Positions 21,436 through 30,955 of a DNA stretch of 64,000 nucleotides are shown piece after piece; the stretch's first letter is position 1; every line of letters begins with the position of its first letter. The position numbers and the translations under genes are program-made. This DNA comes from Candidatus Poribacteria bacterium (GTDB lineage: Bacteria; Poribacteria; WGA-4E; WGA-3G). Below the pieces are notes generated by a model that saw only the letters and a program-made list of their open reading frames with translations, ran no database searches and was not told the origin of the DNA. Location: assembly GCA_963663765.2 (NCBI GenBank), contig CAXXUA010000005.1, forward strand, positions 1,632,001 through 1,696,000, read 5' to 3'.

Positions 21436-21767
21436 ATGAGTCTATAGTGTTGATTTACCATTGCTCTGTGATATTGTTAGAATTACATAAATAAAAATAA
21501 CTTCAGGTTTTCGTTGAAGTATTTTTAATTATCATAGCGTCTAATTTGACGATAGAATCTGACAGAATAATTTATATGCACAATCTGGATGAATGTGCTA
21601 CAACTGACCACACAATCTGGATGAAGATTAATTTATTAATCGGGTAATAAATATTTTTCAGATGGTAGGCGGGGAATGCCTAAAGAAGCATGCGCGTATG
21701 GCATGCTCCATGATTCATACCGTTGATTTGGTGGTTTGTAAGCGCGCTCTTGGGACTTGATGTGCCA

Positions 21768-22294
21768 GCGCGCTTACAAAGCACGCCTGCAGTTGGGGGC
21801 GCGCTTACAAACCACGCCCGCAGTTGGGGGCGCGCTTACAAACCACGCCCGCAGTTGGGGGCGCGCTTACAAACCACGCCTGCAGTTGGGGGCGCGCTTA
21901 CAAAGCACGCCTGCAGTTGGGGGCGCGCTTACAAACCACGCCTGCAGTTGGGGGCGCGCTTACAAACCACATAGGTGTCAACTTAAGGATTTTACCTCTT
22001 GTGGGAGGGGTTTTCAACCCCGATTTTTTAGTGCATTTCCGCTCAAATCGGGGTTGAAAACCCCTCCCACAAGAGAAAATGCAAACAATATTTTCTTAAG
22101 TTGACACCTATGGGGGCGCGCTTACAAACCACGCCTGCAGTTGGGGGCGCGCTTACAAACCACGCCTGCAGTTGGGGGCGCGCTTACAAAGCACGCCTGC
22201 AGTTGGGGGCGCGCTTACAAACCACGCCTGCAGTTGGGGGCGCGCTTACAAACCACGCCTGCAGTTGGGGGCGCGCTTACAAACCACGCCTACC
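21768..22294 (-). repeat. 31-bp tandem array of a REP (about 12 units), interrupted by a MITE
   Basis: Unit gcagttgggggcgcgcttacaaaccacgcct at 21789, 21820, 21851...; last unit ends cgcctacc (GGTAGGCG on the minus strand). Confidence 0.9.
21971..22111. mobile_element. MITE with ATAGGTGTCAACTTAAG ends and an inverted REP pair inside
   Basis: ataggtgtcaacttaag ... cttaagttgacacctat; second copy at 22493-22631. Confidence 0.85.
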
Positions 22295-22492
22295 GTGGCC
22301 GGATTAGTAGAATTACCCAAAGTATTTTTTAATCTTCATGAAGATTGTGCTACAACTGACCGCACAATCTGGCAGAATGTCTATTATTGGCGAAGGTATT
22401 GATTTATGAGATACGCTCTAAATAACCGTGGTCATGAACAGGGGTCTGTAAAGTTTTGGTTACTGTGCGTAGGGGCGGGGTCTCCCCGCCCC

Positions 22493-22631
22493 ATAGGCGT
22501 CAATTTAAGGATTTTGACCTCTTGTGGGAGGGGTTTTCAAACCCGATTTGACAGAAAATAAATATAAAATCGGGGTTGAAAACCCCTCCCACAAGAGAAA
22601 ATGCAACACTACTTCTTAAATTGACGCCTAT
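22493..22631. mobile_element. Second ATAGG(C/T)GTCAA MITE copy
   Basis: ataggcgtcaatttaag ... cttaaattgacgcctat, flanked by duplicated ggggcggggtctccccgccc. Confidence 0.85.
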
Positions 22632-22995
22632 GGGGCGGGGTCTCCCCGCCCGAACAGAGGTTGGACGCAGGCGAGGAAACCTCGCACCTACGATGTCCAC
22701 AGTTCCCTAACGTCAAGCAAGCTTTGATAGAAACTTTAGATACTTCTTTTATAGTGAAATATACAATTAAGTTTACACTTTTTCTGAAGGAGGGGAATGC
22801 CAATAGGCATTCATACCGTTGATTTGGAGGAATGCCAATAGGCATTCATACCGTTAATTTCGATCTCCGAATCGCGACTGAACGCCTCAATAGTCGGGAA
22901 TCGGAGTTCCCTCCTACACCTGAAAGTGCAAAAATAATTCTAAAATCTACTATAATATCAGGGTTTCTACAAAAACTTTACACACCCCATGAAAA

Positions 22996-23198
22996 CAGGG
23001 TTATTTAGTTTTAAGAATTATCAGTTGATGGGTGTTACTTAAAGTTTGTATCGTAGGTCGGGTAGAGCGATAGCGAAACCCGACATGACAACTACAATCA
23101 ATACATGTCGGGTTTCGCTATCGCTCTACCCGACCTACGCATCTAATTCACGAATGTTATAAATATCTGCAAAATCTACTTAGAACTAAATAACCGTG
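22996..23198. mobile_element. CAGGGTTATT-family MITE with inverted REP pair (GTAGGTCGGGTAGAGCGATAGCGAAACCCGAC)
   Basis: cagggttatttagtt ... aactaaataaccgtg; long perfect internal inverted repeat at ~23051-23140. Confidence 0.7.
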
Positions 23199-23216
23199 GT
23201 CATGAAAAGATTAAAG

Positions 23217-23246
23217 TTGACTTTTGGATAGAAAATCAATTATAAT
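23217..23246 (+). promoter_or_regulatory. Sigma70-type promoter
   Basis: TTGACT-18 bp-TATAAT upstream of 23329. Confidence 0.6.
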
Positions 23247-23328
23247 GGTCAAGCAAAAAATAACCTATTAAAATCTCAAACTGTTATAGGATAGAAGTAT
23301 TACAAACCTAACAACAGAAAGGAAAAAT

Positions 23329-24300
23329 ATGAAAGAGATTAAAATCGGCTTTATCGGTTCCGGTGGCAATGCCAATGGACACATGAATAGACTGTCAGAA
23401 ATGGAAGGCGCGAACGTTGTCGCAGTATGTGATATTGTACCTCAAAAGGCACAAAACGCAGCTGAAAAACACAACGCAGACCCATACACAGAACATCGTG
23501 CAATGTTAGAACGTGATGACCTTGATGCTATCTATCTCAGCCTACCTGTCTTCGTTCACGGACAACCTGAATTAGATGTCATCGAACGTGGTCTACCTTT
23601 CTTCGTTGAAAAACCTGTCGCTATCAACATGGACATTGCACGGGAAGTCGAAGCAGCAGTAACAAAAGCTGGACTGATAACCTGTGTCGGATACCAACTC
23701 CGCTACCTCGGTTCAACAAAGATAACACAGCAAATTCTAAGTGGAAAAACAATTAACATGGTCGTCGGTAAATATTGGTGTGGAACCGGACGCGGAAATC
23801 CTGAAGGTTGGCTACGTCAAATGAGCAAGTCCGGAGGACAATTGGTTGAACAAGCAACGCATACCGTTGATATGATGCGCAACCTAATAGGCGATGTAGA
23901 ATCTGTCTACGCAATGCAAGCAAACCGAATGCTAAAAGATATTGATTGTCCGGACAGCAATAGTGTAAGCATGCAATTCACCAACGGTGCCGTCGGGTCA
24001 TTGACCGCAGCATGGGCTTATACCGGCGGTTGGGACAATGCAAATGTCTTAGACATCTTATATGAAGGTGATTTGTTGAATTGGAACCCCGCAAGAGTCA
24101 ACGTCAAGGAAGATGGAAAATGGGTAGACAAGACAGAACCCAGTCCTTCAATAGACAAAGTCTTTGTCGATGCTGTCCGCAGCGACGACGACTCACAGAT
24201 ATTGAGTCCATACACTGATGCTGTCAAAACCCTTGCAATATCACTCGCAGCAAACCTTTCTGGTGTAGAAAAAAGACCTGTCCAAATTTCTTCGCTATAA
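23329..24300 (+). CDS. Gfo/Idh/MocA family oxidoreductase
   Basis: IGFIGSG, FVEKP, VGYQLRY, SGGQLVEQATH. Confidence 0.92.
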   Translation: MKEIKIGFIGSGGNANGHMNRLSEMEGANVVAVCDIVPQKAQNAAEKHNADPYTEHRAMLERDDLDAIYLSLPVFVHGQPELDVIERGLPFFVEKPVAINMDIAREVEAAVTKAGLITCVGYQLRYLGSTKITQQILSGKTINMVVGKYWCGTGRGNPEGWLRQMSKSGGQLVEQATHTVDMMRNLIGDVESVYAMQANRMLKDIDCPDSNSVSMQFTNGAVGSLTAAWAYTGGWDNANVLDILYEGDLLNWNPARVNVKEDGKWVDKTEPSPSIDKVFVDAVRSDDDSQILSPYTDAVKTLAISLAANLSGVEKRPVQISSL

Positions 24301-24310
24301 GGAAAAAGGA

Positions 24311-25294
24311 ATGGCGAAAAAACATCGCGTGGCAATAGTCGGGTGCGGTGGTATCTCAAATGCACATGGTAACGCATGGCGTAATGTGCCAAAAATTGAG
24401 ATAGTCGGTGCATGTGATGAGAAATTTGATGCGCTAAAACGTTTCGCAACCGCATTCAACGTCAAAAACACATACAACGACCTCCGACAAATGTTGGAGA
24501 AACAAAAACCCGACATCCTTGTCATTGCAACATGGCCATCAAGCCACCTCAAAAATGTCCTTGAAGCAGTCCGTTGTGGTGTCAAGGGAATCCTCGTTGA
24601 AAAACCTATAGCAGTGAATACAACCCAATTTCAACAGATGATTACGGTAACAGAACGGGCAAACATATCCATAATGGAGGGTTTTATGTACCGACATCAT
24701 CCGTTGACATTAGCAGTCAAGCAAAAAATTGAGGAAGGTACTATCGGAGAAGTTCACTATGCGCGCGCCACCTTTTCAACAGGTCTCACAGATAGGAAAA
24801 ACTGGAGACTTAGAGGCGAACTCGGAGGCGGCGCGGTCATGGATTTAGGTTGCTACTGCATCAACATTATCCGTTATGTCATGGGACGAGAACCGCAATA
24901 CGCATGGGCAACAGGCAAATATGAACCCATCAACAACGTCTGGGAGACGCTCATCGGAACATTAGATTTCGGTGACGGTATCACTGGACAATTGGATTGC
25001 AGTTTCGGATGGACATGGCGGGAATGTTATGAAGTTGCTGGGACAACAGGCACTATCTTTGTCCAGTCAGCATGGGGAAACAGTGAGGGAGTGTCCCACT
25101 TTACCCTCAACGGTGAAACTGTCAGCATCACAGGTGTGAACCCTTATGCCACAGAGATTCTCAATCTTATAGACACAATAGAAAACAACACCACACTCCG
25201 TTTACCTATCACAGATGCACTGGGCAACATGCGCGCCATCGACGCACTACACGAATCCGCACACACAGGACAACGCATTCGTGTGTTGAATTAA
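24311..25294 (+). CDS. Gfo/Idh/MocA family oxidoreductase
   Basis: AIVGCGGI, LVEKP, EGFMYRHHP, GGGAVMDLGCY. Confidence 0.92.
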   Translation: MAKKHRVAIVGCGGISNAHGNAWRNVPKIEIVGACDEKFDALKRFATAFNVKNTYNDLRQMLEKQKPDILVIATWPSSHLKNVLEAVRCGVKGILVEKPIAVNTTQFQQMITVTERANISIMEGFMYRHHPLTLAVKQKIEEGTIGEVHYARATFSTGLTDRKNWRLRGELGGGAVMDLGCYCINIIRYVMGREPQYAWATGKYEPINNVWETLIGTLDFGDGITGQLDCSFGWTWRECYEVAGTTGTIFVQSAWGNSEGVSHFTLNGETVSITGVNPYATEILNLIDTIENNTTLRLPITDALGNMRAIDALHESAHTGQRIRVLN

Positions 25295-25781
25295 CCTGCA
25301 ATTTCAAAATCACTTTGAAAACTGTACCTTTGATGAATGTCCCATACACATTCATATCGTTGATTCAATACCCCGTACTGTTTAATATTATGGTGCGTAA
25401 AGTATTGACTATAGTTTGGGCATATTCCGTTTGTTGCAAGTCGGTTTTCAAAGGTGTTTCTATTTTCTACGAGTTACGCATATTCGAGAAACTGGAGAAA
25501 ATACCGCACTCCAATGGTAGGCGGGGAATGCCAAAAGGCATTCATACCCGACGAATGCCATAGGCGCATTCGGCGTTGATTTGGGGGAATGCCAAAAGGC
25601 ATTCATACCGTTGATTTTTTGATTTGGTGCTTTGAAAGCGCGCTGTTGGAACCCACATACCGCTCCAGCGGAGCGGAGTTGTCATTGACAATGTGCTATA
25701 GACAAATTGATAATAACTTAACAAGAAACAGATAGAAACTGTCCAAATTGCTACACTAATGCAACATTTAATTCTAAAAAT

Positions 25782-25810
25782 TTGATATACCGATTGAAAT
25801 GTGTTATAAT
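25782..25810 (+). promoter_or_regulatory. rpsF operon promoter
   Basis: TTGATA-17 bp-TATAAT with extended TG. Confidence 0.7.
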
Positions 25811-25875
25811 TATATGACGTTAAAATAATTAAGAAACAATTCTATCTGAGAGATAGGACGTGTTAAAAAATCAAT

Positions 25876-25925
25876 TCTCTGCTCCCTGATTCACACAGCG
25901 GAGCCGTGAGTCCAAAGAGAGGGTA
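25876..25925 (+). promoter_or_regulatory. Probable S6:S18 ribosomal protein leader
   Basis: ctct/agag outer stem over the RBS, gctcc/ggagc inner stem and a CCG motif, immediately upstream of rpsF. Confidence 0.6.
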
Positions 25926-25929
25926 TACA

Positions 25930-26346
25930 TTGAAACCTTACGAACTAATGCTTATTATCACTCCTGATCATGAGGAAAATGAAGCAGATGCACTCATTGA
26001 AAATGTCAAGGGTATAATTGAAAGTAGTGGAAATATCATCAATATTGATGTTTGGGGAAAAAGACGACTTACCTACCCAATACGGAAACGCAGCGAAGGT
26101 TACTACGTAGTCTATATATTTGAATGCGACCCAAGTTTCGTTGCGCAGTTGAACCAAGCACTCCGTGTTATTGAAGCAATTTTAAGACACATGATTGTGC
26201 TATATGAAGACGATGTCGAAAAGTTGAAAACAGCACAAACAGACGATGAATCGCCTGAAGTAAAAGACGATGAGACTACCGAAGATACAACAGAAACTTT
26301 AGAAGAACCATCGGATGCTGATGTAACTGCTGCAGAATCTGAATAA
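25930..26346 (+). CDS. rpsF: 30S ribosomal protein S6
   Basis: YELMLI, WGKRRLTYPI, GYY, ILRHMI; TTG start inferred from RBS. Confidence 0.97.
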   Translation: MKPYELMLIITPDHEENEADALIENVKGIIESSGNIINIDVWGKRRLTYPIRKRSEGYYVVYIFECDPSFVAQLNQALRVIEAILRHMIVLYEDDVEKLKTAQTDDESPEVKDDETTEDTTETLEEPSDADVTAAESE

Positions 26347-26416
26347 AATACACATAATCATAAATCAGTGTCCTGTTAGTTTAATATCAGGACATCAATA
26401 GATAGAGGAGCATATC

Positions 26417-26911
26417 ATGGCAAGTTATAACAAAGTTATTTTGATTGGGAACCTAACTCGAGACCCAGAGATGAAATATCTACCGAGTGGAACCGCCGTT
26501 GCAAATTTTGGAATCGCTATGAATGAACGTTATACTGACAAACAGACTGGTGAACAAAGAGAATCTGCTTGTTTTGTTGATGTTGAGGCTTGGGACAGAC
26601 AAGCTGAAGTTGTTAATGAATACCTTAGCAAGGGTAGTCCTATCTTTCTTGAAGGAGCACTCAAATTTGATTCATGGGAAACTCCCGAAGGTGAAAAACG
26701 GAGTAGACTCAAAGTCCGCCTTTTAAGATTCCAATTTATCGGGGGTAGACAGGACGGAGATGAAGGCGGCGGTGGATATACACAAGCTACACCTCCAGAT
26801 ACCACACCCATGCAAGGACAATCTGATCAAGCGGCTGGTTCATCTGATCAAGCGGCTGGATCATCTGAGCCTCCAAGCGATACATCAACAGAGGATGATA
26901 TTCCGTTCTAA
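26417..26911 (+). CDS. ssb: Single-stranded DNA-binding protein
   Basis: NKVILIGNLTRDPE, C-terminal DDIPF; 21-bp duplication (SDQAAGS x2) in the linker. Confidence 0.98.
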   Translation: MASYNKVILIGNLTRDPEMKYLPSGTAVANFGIAMNERYTDKQTGEQRESACFVDVEAWDRQAEVVNEYLSKGSPIFLEGALKFDSWETPEGEKRSRLKVRLLRFQFIGGRQDGDEGGGGYTQATPPDTTPMQGQSDQAAGSSDQAAGSSEPPSDTSTEDDIPF

Positions 26912-26931
26912 TCGGAAGGAGATAATGAAAT

Positions 26932-27132
26932 ATGCAATATCGTAGAAGAAATCGTTACAGTAAGTTAGAATCCGTAGATTACAAAGATGTTGATACACTA
27001 AGGAAGTTTATCAACGAACGTGGAAAGATTGTAAGTCGACGTGTTTCTGGACTTTCAGCAAAACAACAAAGAATGATCACACGTGCAATCAAACGTGCAC
27101 GAAATATGGCATTATTACCATTTACGACTTAA
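26932..27132 (+). CDS. rpsR: 30S ribosomal protein S18 (no Zn-binding cysteines)
   Basis: DYKD..L.KFI.ERGKI..RR.SG, AIKRAR.MALLP. Confidence 0.98.
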   Translation: MQYRRRNRYSKLESVDYKDVDTLRKFINERGKIVSRRVSGLSAKQQRMITRAIKRARNMALLPFTT

Positions 27133-27204
27133 ATCTTGGACATATAAATTAGAATGTAGTGCTCTTTCTGAGATGACTATCTCAAAGATTTCTGCATTAC
27201 TTGG

Positions 27205-27666
27205 ATGGAGAATATGGAAGTCATACTAAAAAAGAGCGTTGAAGGATTGGGATCCTCAGGAGATGTGCTAAATGTAGCAGATGGTTTTGCACGTAACTAC
27301 CTTCTGCCGAAACAATTAGCGGTACATGCAACGGAGCGAAATCGTAAATTCCTTGAACATCAAATACGCGTGATTGACCAGCAAGAATCAAAAGATAGGG
27401 ACCACGCACGAGAAATTGCCGCACAAATTGTTGATGTCACATGTCATCTCACAAGACGGGCAGGAGAAAATGACAGACTTTTCGGTTCTGTAACACCCGC
27501 AGATATCGTTGAGTCGTTACGGGCAGCGGCTAACATTGAATTAGATAGACGCTACATCGAACTCTCTGAACCGATTCGCGAACTTGGTGCGTTTACAGTC
27601 ACCGTGAAACTACATACAGATGTGACAACGGAACTACGCGTCGTAGTTGAAAGGGAAGAAACATAA
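27205..27666 (+). CDS. rplI: 50S ribosomal protein L9
   Basis: VADGFARNYLLP, RLFGSVT. Confidence 0.98.
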   Translation: MENMEVILKKSVEGLGSSGDVLNVADGFARNYLLPKQLAVHATERNRKFLEHQIRVIDQQESKDRDHAREIAAQIVDVTCHLTRRAGENDRLFGSVTPADIVESLRAAANIELDRRYIELSEPIRELGAFTVTVKLHTDVTTELRVVVEREET

Positions 27667-27735
27667 GTCCTTTTCTATAAAGGCTATTCCATCATTGGAC
27701 ATTTTGGTGGGGCAGTTATCGGAGGTGGAAGTGTC

Positions 27736-29076
27736 ATGCAAACACCAACATTCGATTCCCTTATGGACAAAGAAGCTGAACAGGCAGTGCTTGGGTCAAT
27801 GATGACAGAAAAGTCCATTATCCCACATATTGAAGCACTGTTAGGTCCCACGTCCGATGCGTTTTTCACAACTGACCACCAGTTAATCTATAATGCAATT
27901 CTTTCTGTATTTGGTCGTGATAATAACGCCGACCCGATTCTTGTCGCTAATGAATTAAATCGAACTCAACAATTGAACAGAGTTGGTGGAGCTGACTACC
28001 TATATGAACTGCAAGCACCAATTGTTGAAACGGAAAGTGCTGAGTTCTATGCCGAAATTGTACGTGAAAAAGCAACACGCCGCAGGTTAATTCGAGCTAC
28101 CGATCAAATTCGTAATTACGCACAAGATGAAAGTATTGAGATTGGCGAAGTCCTCAACCTATCACAAGAGGAAGTTTTTGAATTAGGAAAAAGCGACGCA
28201 AAACGCGGGTTTACTCCTATTAAAACACTGCTAAAGGAAGGACTTAACGCGGTAGAAAAACTCTTTAAGAATCAGGAACGGTTCTTAGGCATCCCAACAG
28301 GTTTCATAGATTTTGATTACATGACATCCGGATTGCAAGCAGGAAATCTAATCATCATTGCTGCACGTCCAAGCATGGGAAAAACGACGCTTGTGCTAAA
28401 CATGGCACAAAACATTGCACTTGAACAGGACCGTCCCGTAGCAATCTTTAGTCTTGAAATGCCTGCACAAGATATTGCATTACGCATGTTGTCATCTATC
28501 ACAAGATTTGATTTCGGTAAGTTGCGTGCAGGCAATTTTGACGAAGAATTCTGGACACCCTTAAGTCAAAGTGTTAGCCGTCTCGGTGCAGCCCCTATCT
28601 TCATCAACGACAATCGCGCCTTGACCGTGCAAGGATTACTCGCTGAAGGGAGACGATTAAAAAGCGAACATGAAAACTTGTCTCTGATCATCGTTGACTA
28701 CTTACAATTGCTGCGAGGTACAAGCCGTTATAATGCACGTGAGCAAGAGATTTCTGAAATTTCACGCGCACTCAAAATACTTGCTTGGGAATTGAATGTT
28801 CCTGTCATAGCATGCTCTCAGCTCAGCAGAGAAGTTGAACGCCGCCCCAACAAACAACCACAACTCTCTGATCTACGGGAATCTGGCGCAATTGAACAAG
28901 ATGCCGACTTGGTCGCTTTCCTATACAGGGAAGACTATTACGACGAAGAAAGTGATTACACCGACGAAAATGTTGAAGCAAATATATTGATAAAAAAACA
29001 GAGAAACGGTCCTACAGGAACAATTGTTCTACACTTTTACAAAAAACAAATGCGTTTTGAGAATGTCAGTCAATAA
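27736..29076 (+). CDS. dnaB: Replicative DNA helicase
   Basis: AEQAVLG, AARPSMGKT, VDYLQL, SQLSR, LSDLRESGAIEQDAD, KQRNGP; no intein. Confidence 0.98.
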   Translation: MQTPTFDSLMDKEAEQAVLGSMMTEKSIIPHIEALLGPTSDAFFTTDHQLIYNAILSVFGRDNNADPILVANELNRTQQLNRVGGADYLYELQAPIVETESAEFYAEIVREKATRRRLIRATDQIRNYAQDESIEIGEVLNLSQEEVFELGKSDAKRGFTPIKTLLKEGLNAVEKLFKNQERFLGIPTGFIDFDYMTSGLQAGNLIIIAARPSMGKTTLVLNMAQNIALEQDRPVAIFSLEMPAQDIALRMLSSITRFDFGKLRAGNFDEEFWTPLSQSVSRLGAAPIFINDNRALTVQGLLAEGRRLKSEHENLSLIIVDYLQLLRGTSRYNAREQEISEISRALKILAWELNVPVIACSQLSREVERRPNKQPQLSDLRESGAIEQDADLVAFLYREDYYDEESDYTDENVEANILIKKQRNGPTGTIVLHFYKKQMRFENVSQ

Positions 29077-29170
29077 GAATTATTTCAAAATCAGATACGA
29101 CAAATTCAAATTATGCATAACACGTAATTCATGAAATTGGTTTTATGAACTTTGATTGGAACATTTTGCT

Positions 29171-29995
29171 ATGAGCAATTCGCCTTCTGATCCTGCTCCT
29201 TCGGACGAATTCGCAATCATCATCAAAAAACGCCTTTATCATTCCCTGTCAGAAACGGGTGATGCATTTCGTCTACTTGCCGAAACAATCTTCCAAATAT
29301 TTAAACCACCGTTACAATTTAACCTGTTAATGAAGCAACTGTTGTTCATCGGTTTTAATTCGTTGGCGGTTGTTTTAGTCTCTGGCTTCTTCACTGGAAT
29401 GGTATTGGGTGTTCAGGGATATGTTCAGTTGAAACCGTATGCTGTTGAAGGATCAGTCGCGCAGTTTGTTAGTGTTTCTATTGTCAAAGAACTGGGACCT
29501 ATGATTACGGCATTTGTCCTTTCTGGTCGTATTGGAGCTTCAATTACAGCAGAACTCTCAACGATGAAGGTTACCGAACAGATAGATGCACTGGAAGTGA
29601 TGGGAACAAATCCGGTAAAATACCTCGTTGTTCCAAGATTTCTTGCATGCACGTTTATGCTACCAACCCTTACAATATTCTCAACATTTGCCGGTATTTT
29701 CGGGGGCTATGTGGCAGTGGTTTCACTATTCGGTTTCAACGGTGATTTTTACATCTTGCAGGTACAGCAAAACCTATATGTTGGTAGTGTATTGATTAGT
29801 TTAATCAAAGCTACTTCGTTCGGTATGGCGATAGCGGCAGTCGGATGCTACAAAGGATTCAGCATTTCAACTGCTGGCGGGGCAGAAGGTGTCGGAATAG
29901 CTACTACCGGTTCTGCCGTTATCTCTCTGATTACAATATTAGTCTTAGATTTTGTTCTAAACCATATACTTTTCAACATTTTGGGAATGGTTTAG
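29171..29995 (+). CDS. mlaE: MlaE family ABC permease
   Basis: KELGP, GRIGASITAEL.TM.VTEQIDALEVMG, GAEGVG.ATT. Confidence 0.93.
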   Translation: MSNSPSDPAPSDEFAIIIKKRLYHSLSETGDAFRLLAETIFQIFKPPLQFNLLMKQLLFIGFNSLAVVLVSGFFTGMVLGVQGYVQLKPYAVEGSVAQFVSVSIVKELGPMITAFVLSGRIGASITAELSTMKVTEQIDALEVMGTNPVKYLVVPRFLACTFMLPTLTIFSTFAGIFGGYVAVVSLFGFNGDFYILQVQQNLYVGSVLISLIKATSFGMAIAAVGCYKGFSISTAGGAEGVGIATTGSAVISLITILVLDFVLNHILFNILGMV

Positions 29996-30031
29996 AATTA
30001 AAAACAGAAAATTATTTCAAATATACTACTT

Positions 30032-30820
30032 ATGATTTCAGTAAAAAACGTCAGGAAAGCATTTGGTGAAAATAACGTCTTAAACGGTTTAGACCTTGAA
30101 ATACCGCGTGGGGAATCCCTTGTAATTATGGGACGTAGCGGTTGTGGGAAGAGCGTCTTACTCAAAATAATTGCTGGATTACTCTCTGTAGATGCAGGTG
30201 AAGTTTGGATTAACGGCACAGAAATCACACAACTTAAAAGAAAACCAATGAATGAAATACGTCGAAAAATCGGAATGCTATTTCAATCTGCAGCCTTATT
30301 CGACTCAATGAGCGTCGCTGAAAATATCGCTTTTATGCTTGACCAACATACCGATATGACTGAGCACGAGATGCGTAAGGTTGTTGATGAAAAATTGAAA
30401 TTAGTAGATTTAGATGGTGTTCAGGAATTACGTCCAGCTCAACTTAGTGGTGGGATGCGAAAACGGGTAGGACTCGCACGTGCACTCGCTTTCAACCCCG
30501 AAATCATCTTATACGACGAACCCACAACAGGGTTAGATCCGGTTACCTGCACTGAAATTAACGAACTAATTCGCGACCTAAAACAACAATTACAAGTAAC
30601 CTCTGTGGTCGTTACACATGATATGCACAGCGCGTTTAGCGTTGGAACGTTGATGGTTATGCTGCACGAAGGGAAGCAAATTGCCTATGGAAAACCAGAA
30701 GATTTGATTAATGAAGAAAACCCAATACTGCAACAGTTCATCCTTTTTGGGGCACCAGACCAGATACTAAACATTGACAACCCGACTTTGAAAGAATTTA
30801 CAGGTAGACAGGTTGAATGA
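30032..30820 (+). CDS. mlaF: MlaF family ABC ATPase
   Basis: GRSGCGKS, LSGGMRKRVGLARA, YDEPTTGLDP. Confidence 0.92.
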   Translation: MISVKNVRKAFGENNVLNGLDLEIPRGESLVIMGRSGCGKSVLLKIIAGLLSVDAGEVWINGTEITQLKRKPMNEIRRKIGMLFQSAALFDSMSVAENIAFMLDQHTDMTEHEMRKVVDEKLKLVDLDGVQELRPAQLSGGMRKRVGLARALAFNPEIILYDEPTTGLDPVTCTEINELIRDLKQQLQVTSVVVTHDMHSAFSVGTLMVMLHEGKQIAYGKPEDLINEENPILQQFILFGAPDQILNIDNPTLKEFTGRQVE

Positions 30821-30955
30821 TACTTTCACTTATGAAACAAAAATCAGCAGACTATCCTTCTAATACTCATCCTGGACACGCTGTGATTCGGAGATCGCTT
30901 CTACAATAATGAACACTATGAAGAGTATTAGACATTTATACTAAAGGGAAAAACA

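Larger units (their letters stand above)
20893..22418 (-). mobile_element. Decayed IS5-family element inflated by REP arrays
   Basis: TIRs cagcgtatctcataaat / atttatgagatacgctc, each flanked by TA; pairing of these two ends is inferred. Confidence 0.6.

Noticed and set aside
21723-22402. Six overlapping plus-strand ORFs
   Set aside because: Translations of the 31-bp tandem repeat; no RBS or protein-like content.
26822-26868. 21-bp duplication in ssb
   Set aside because: In-frame expansion in the disordered linker, which is common in SSB.
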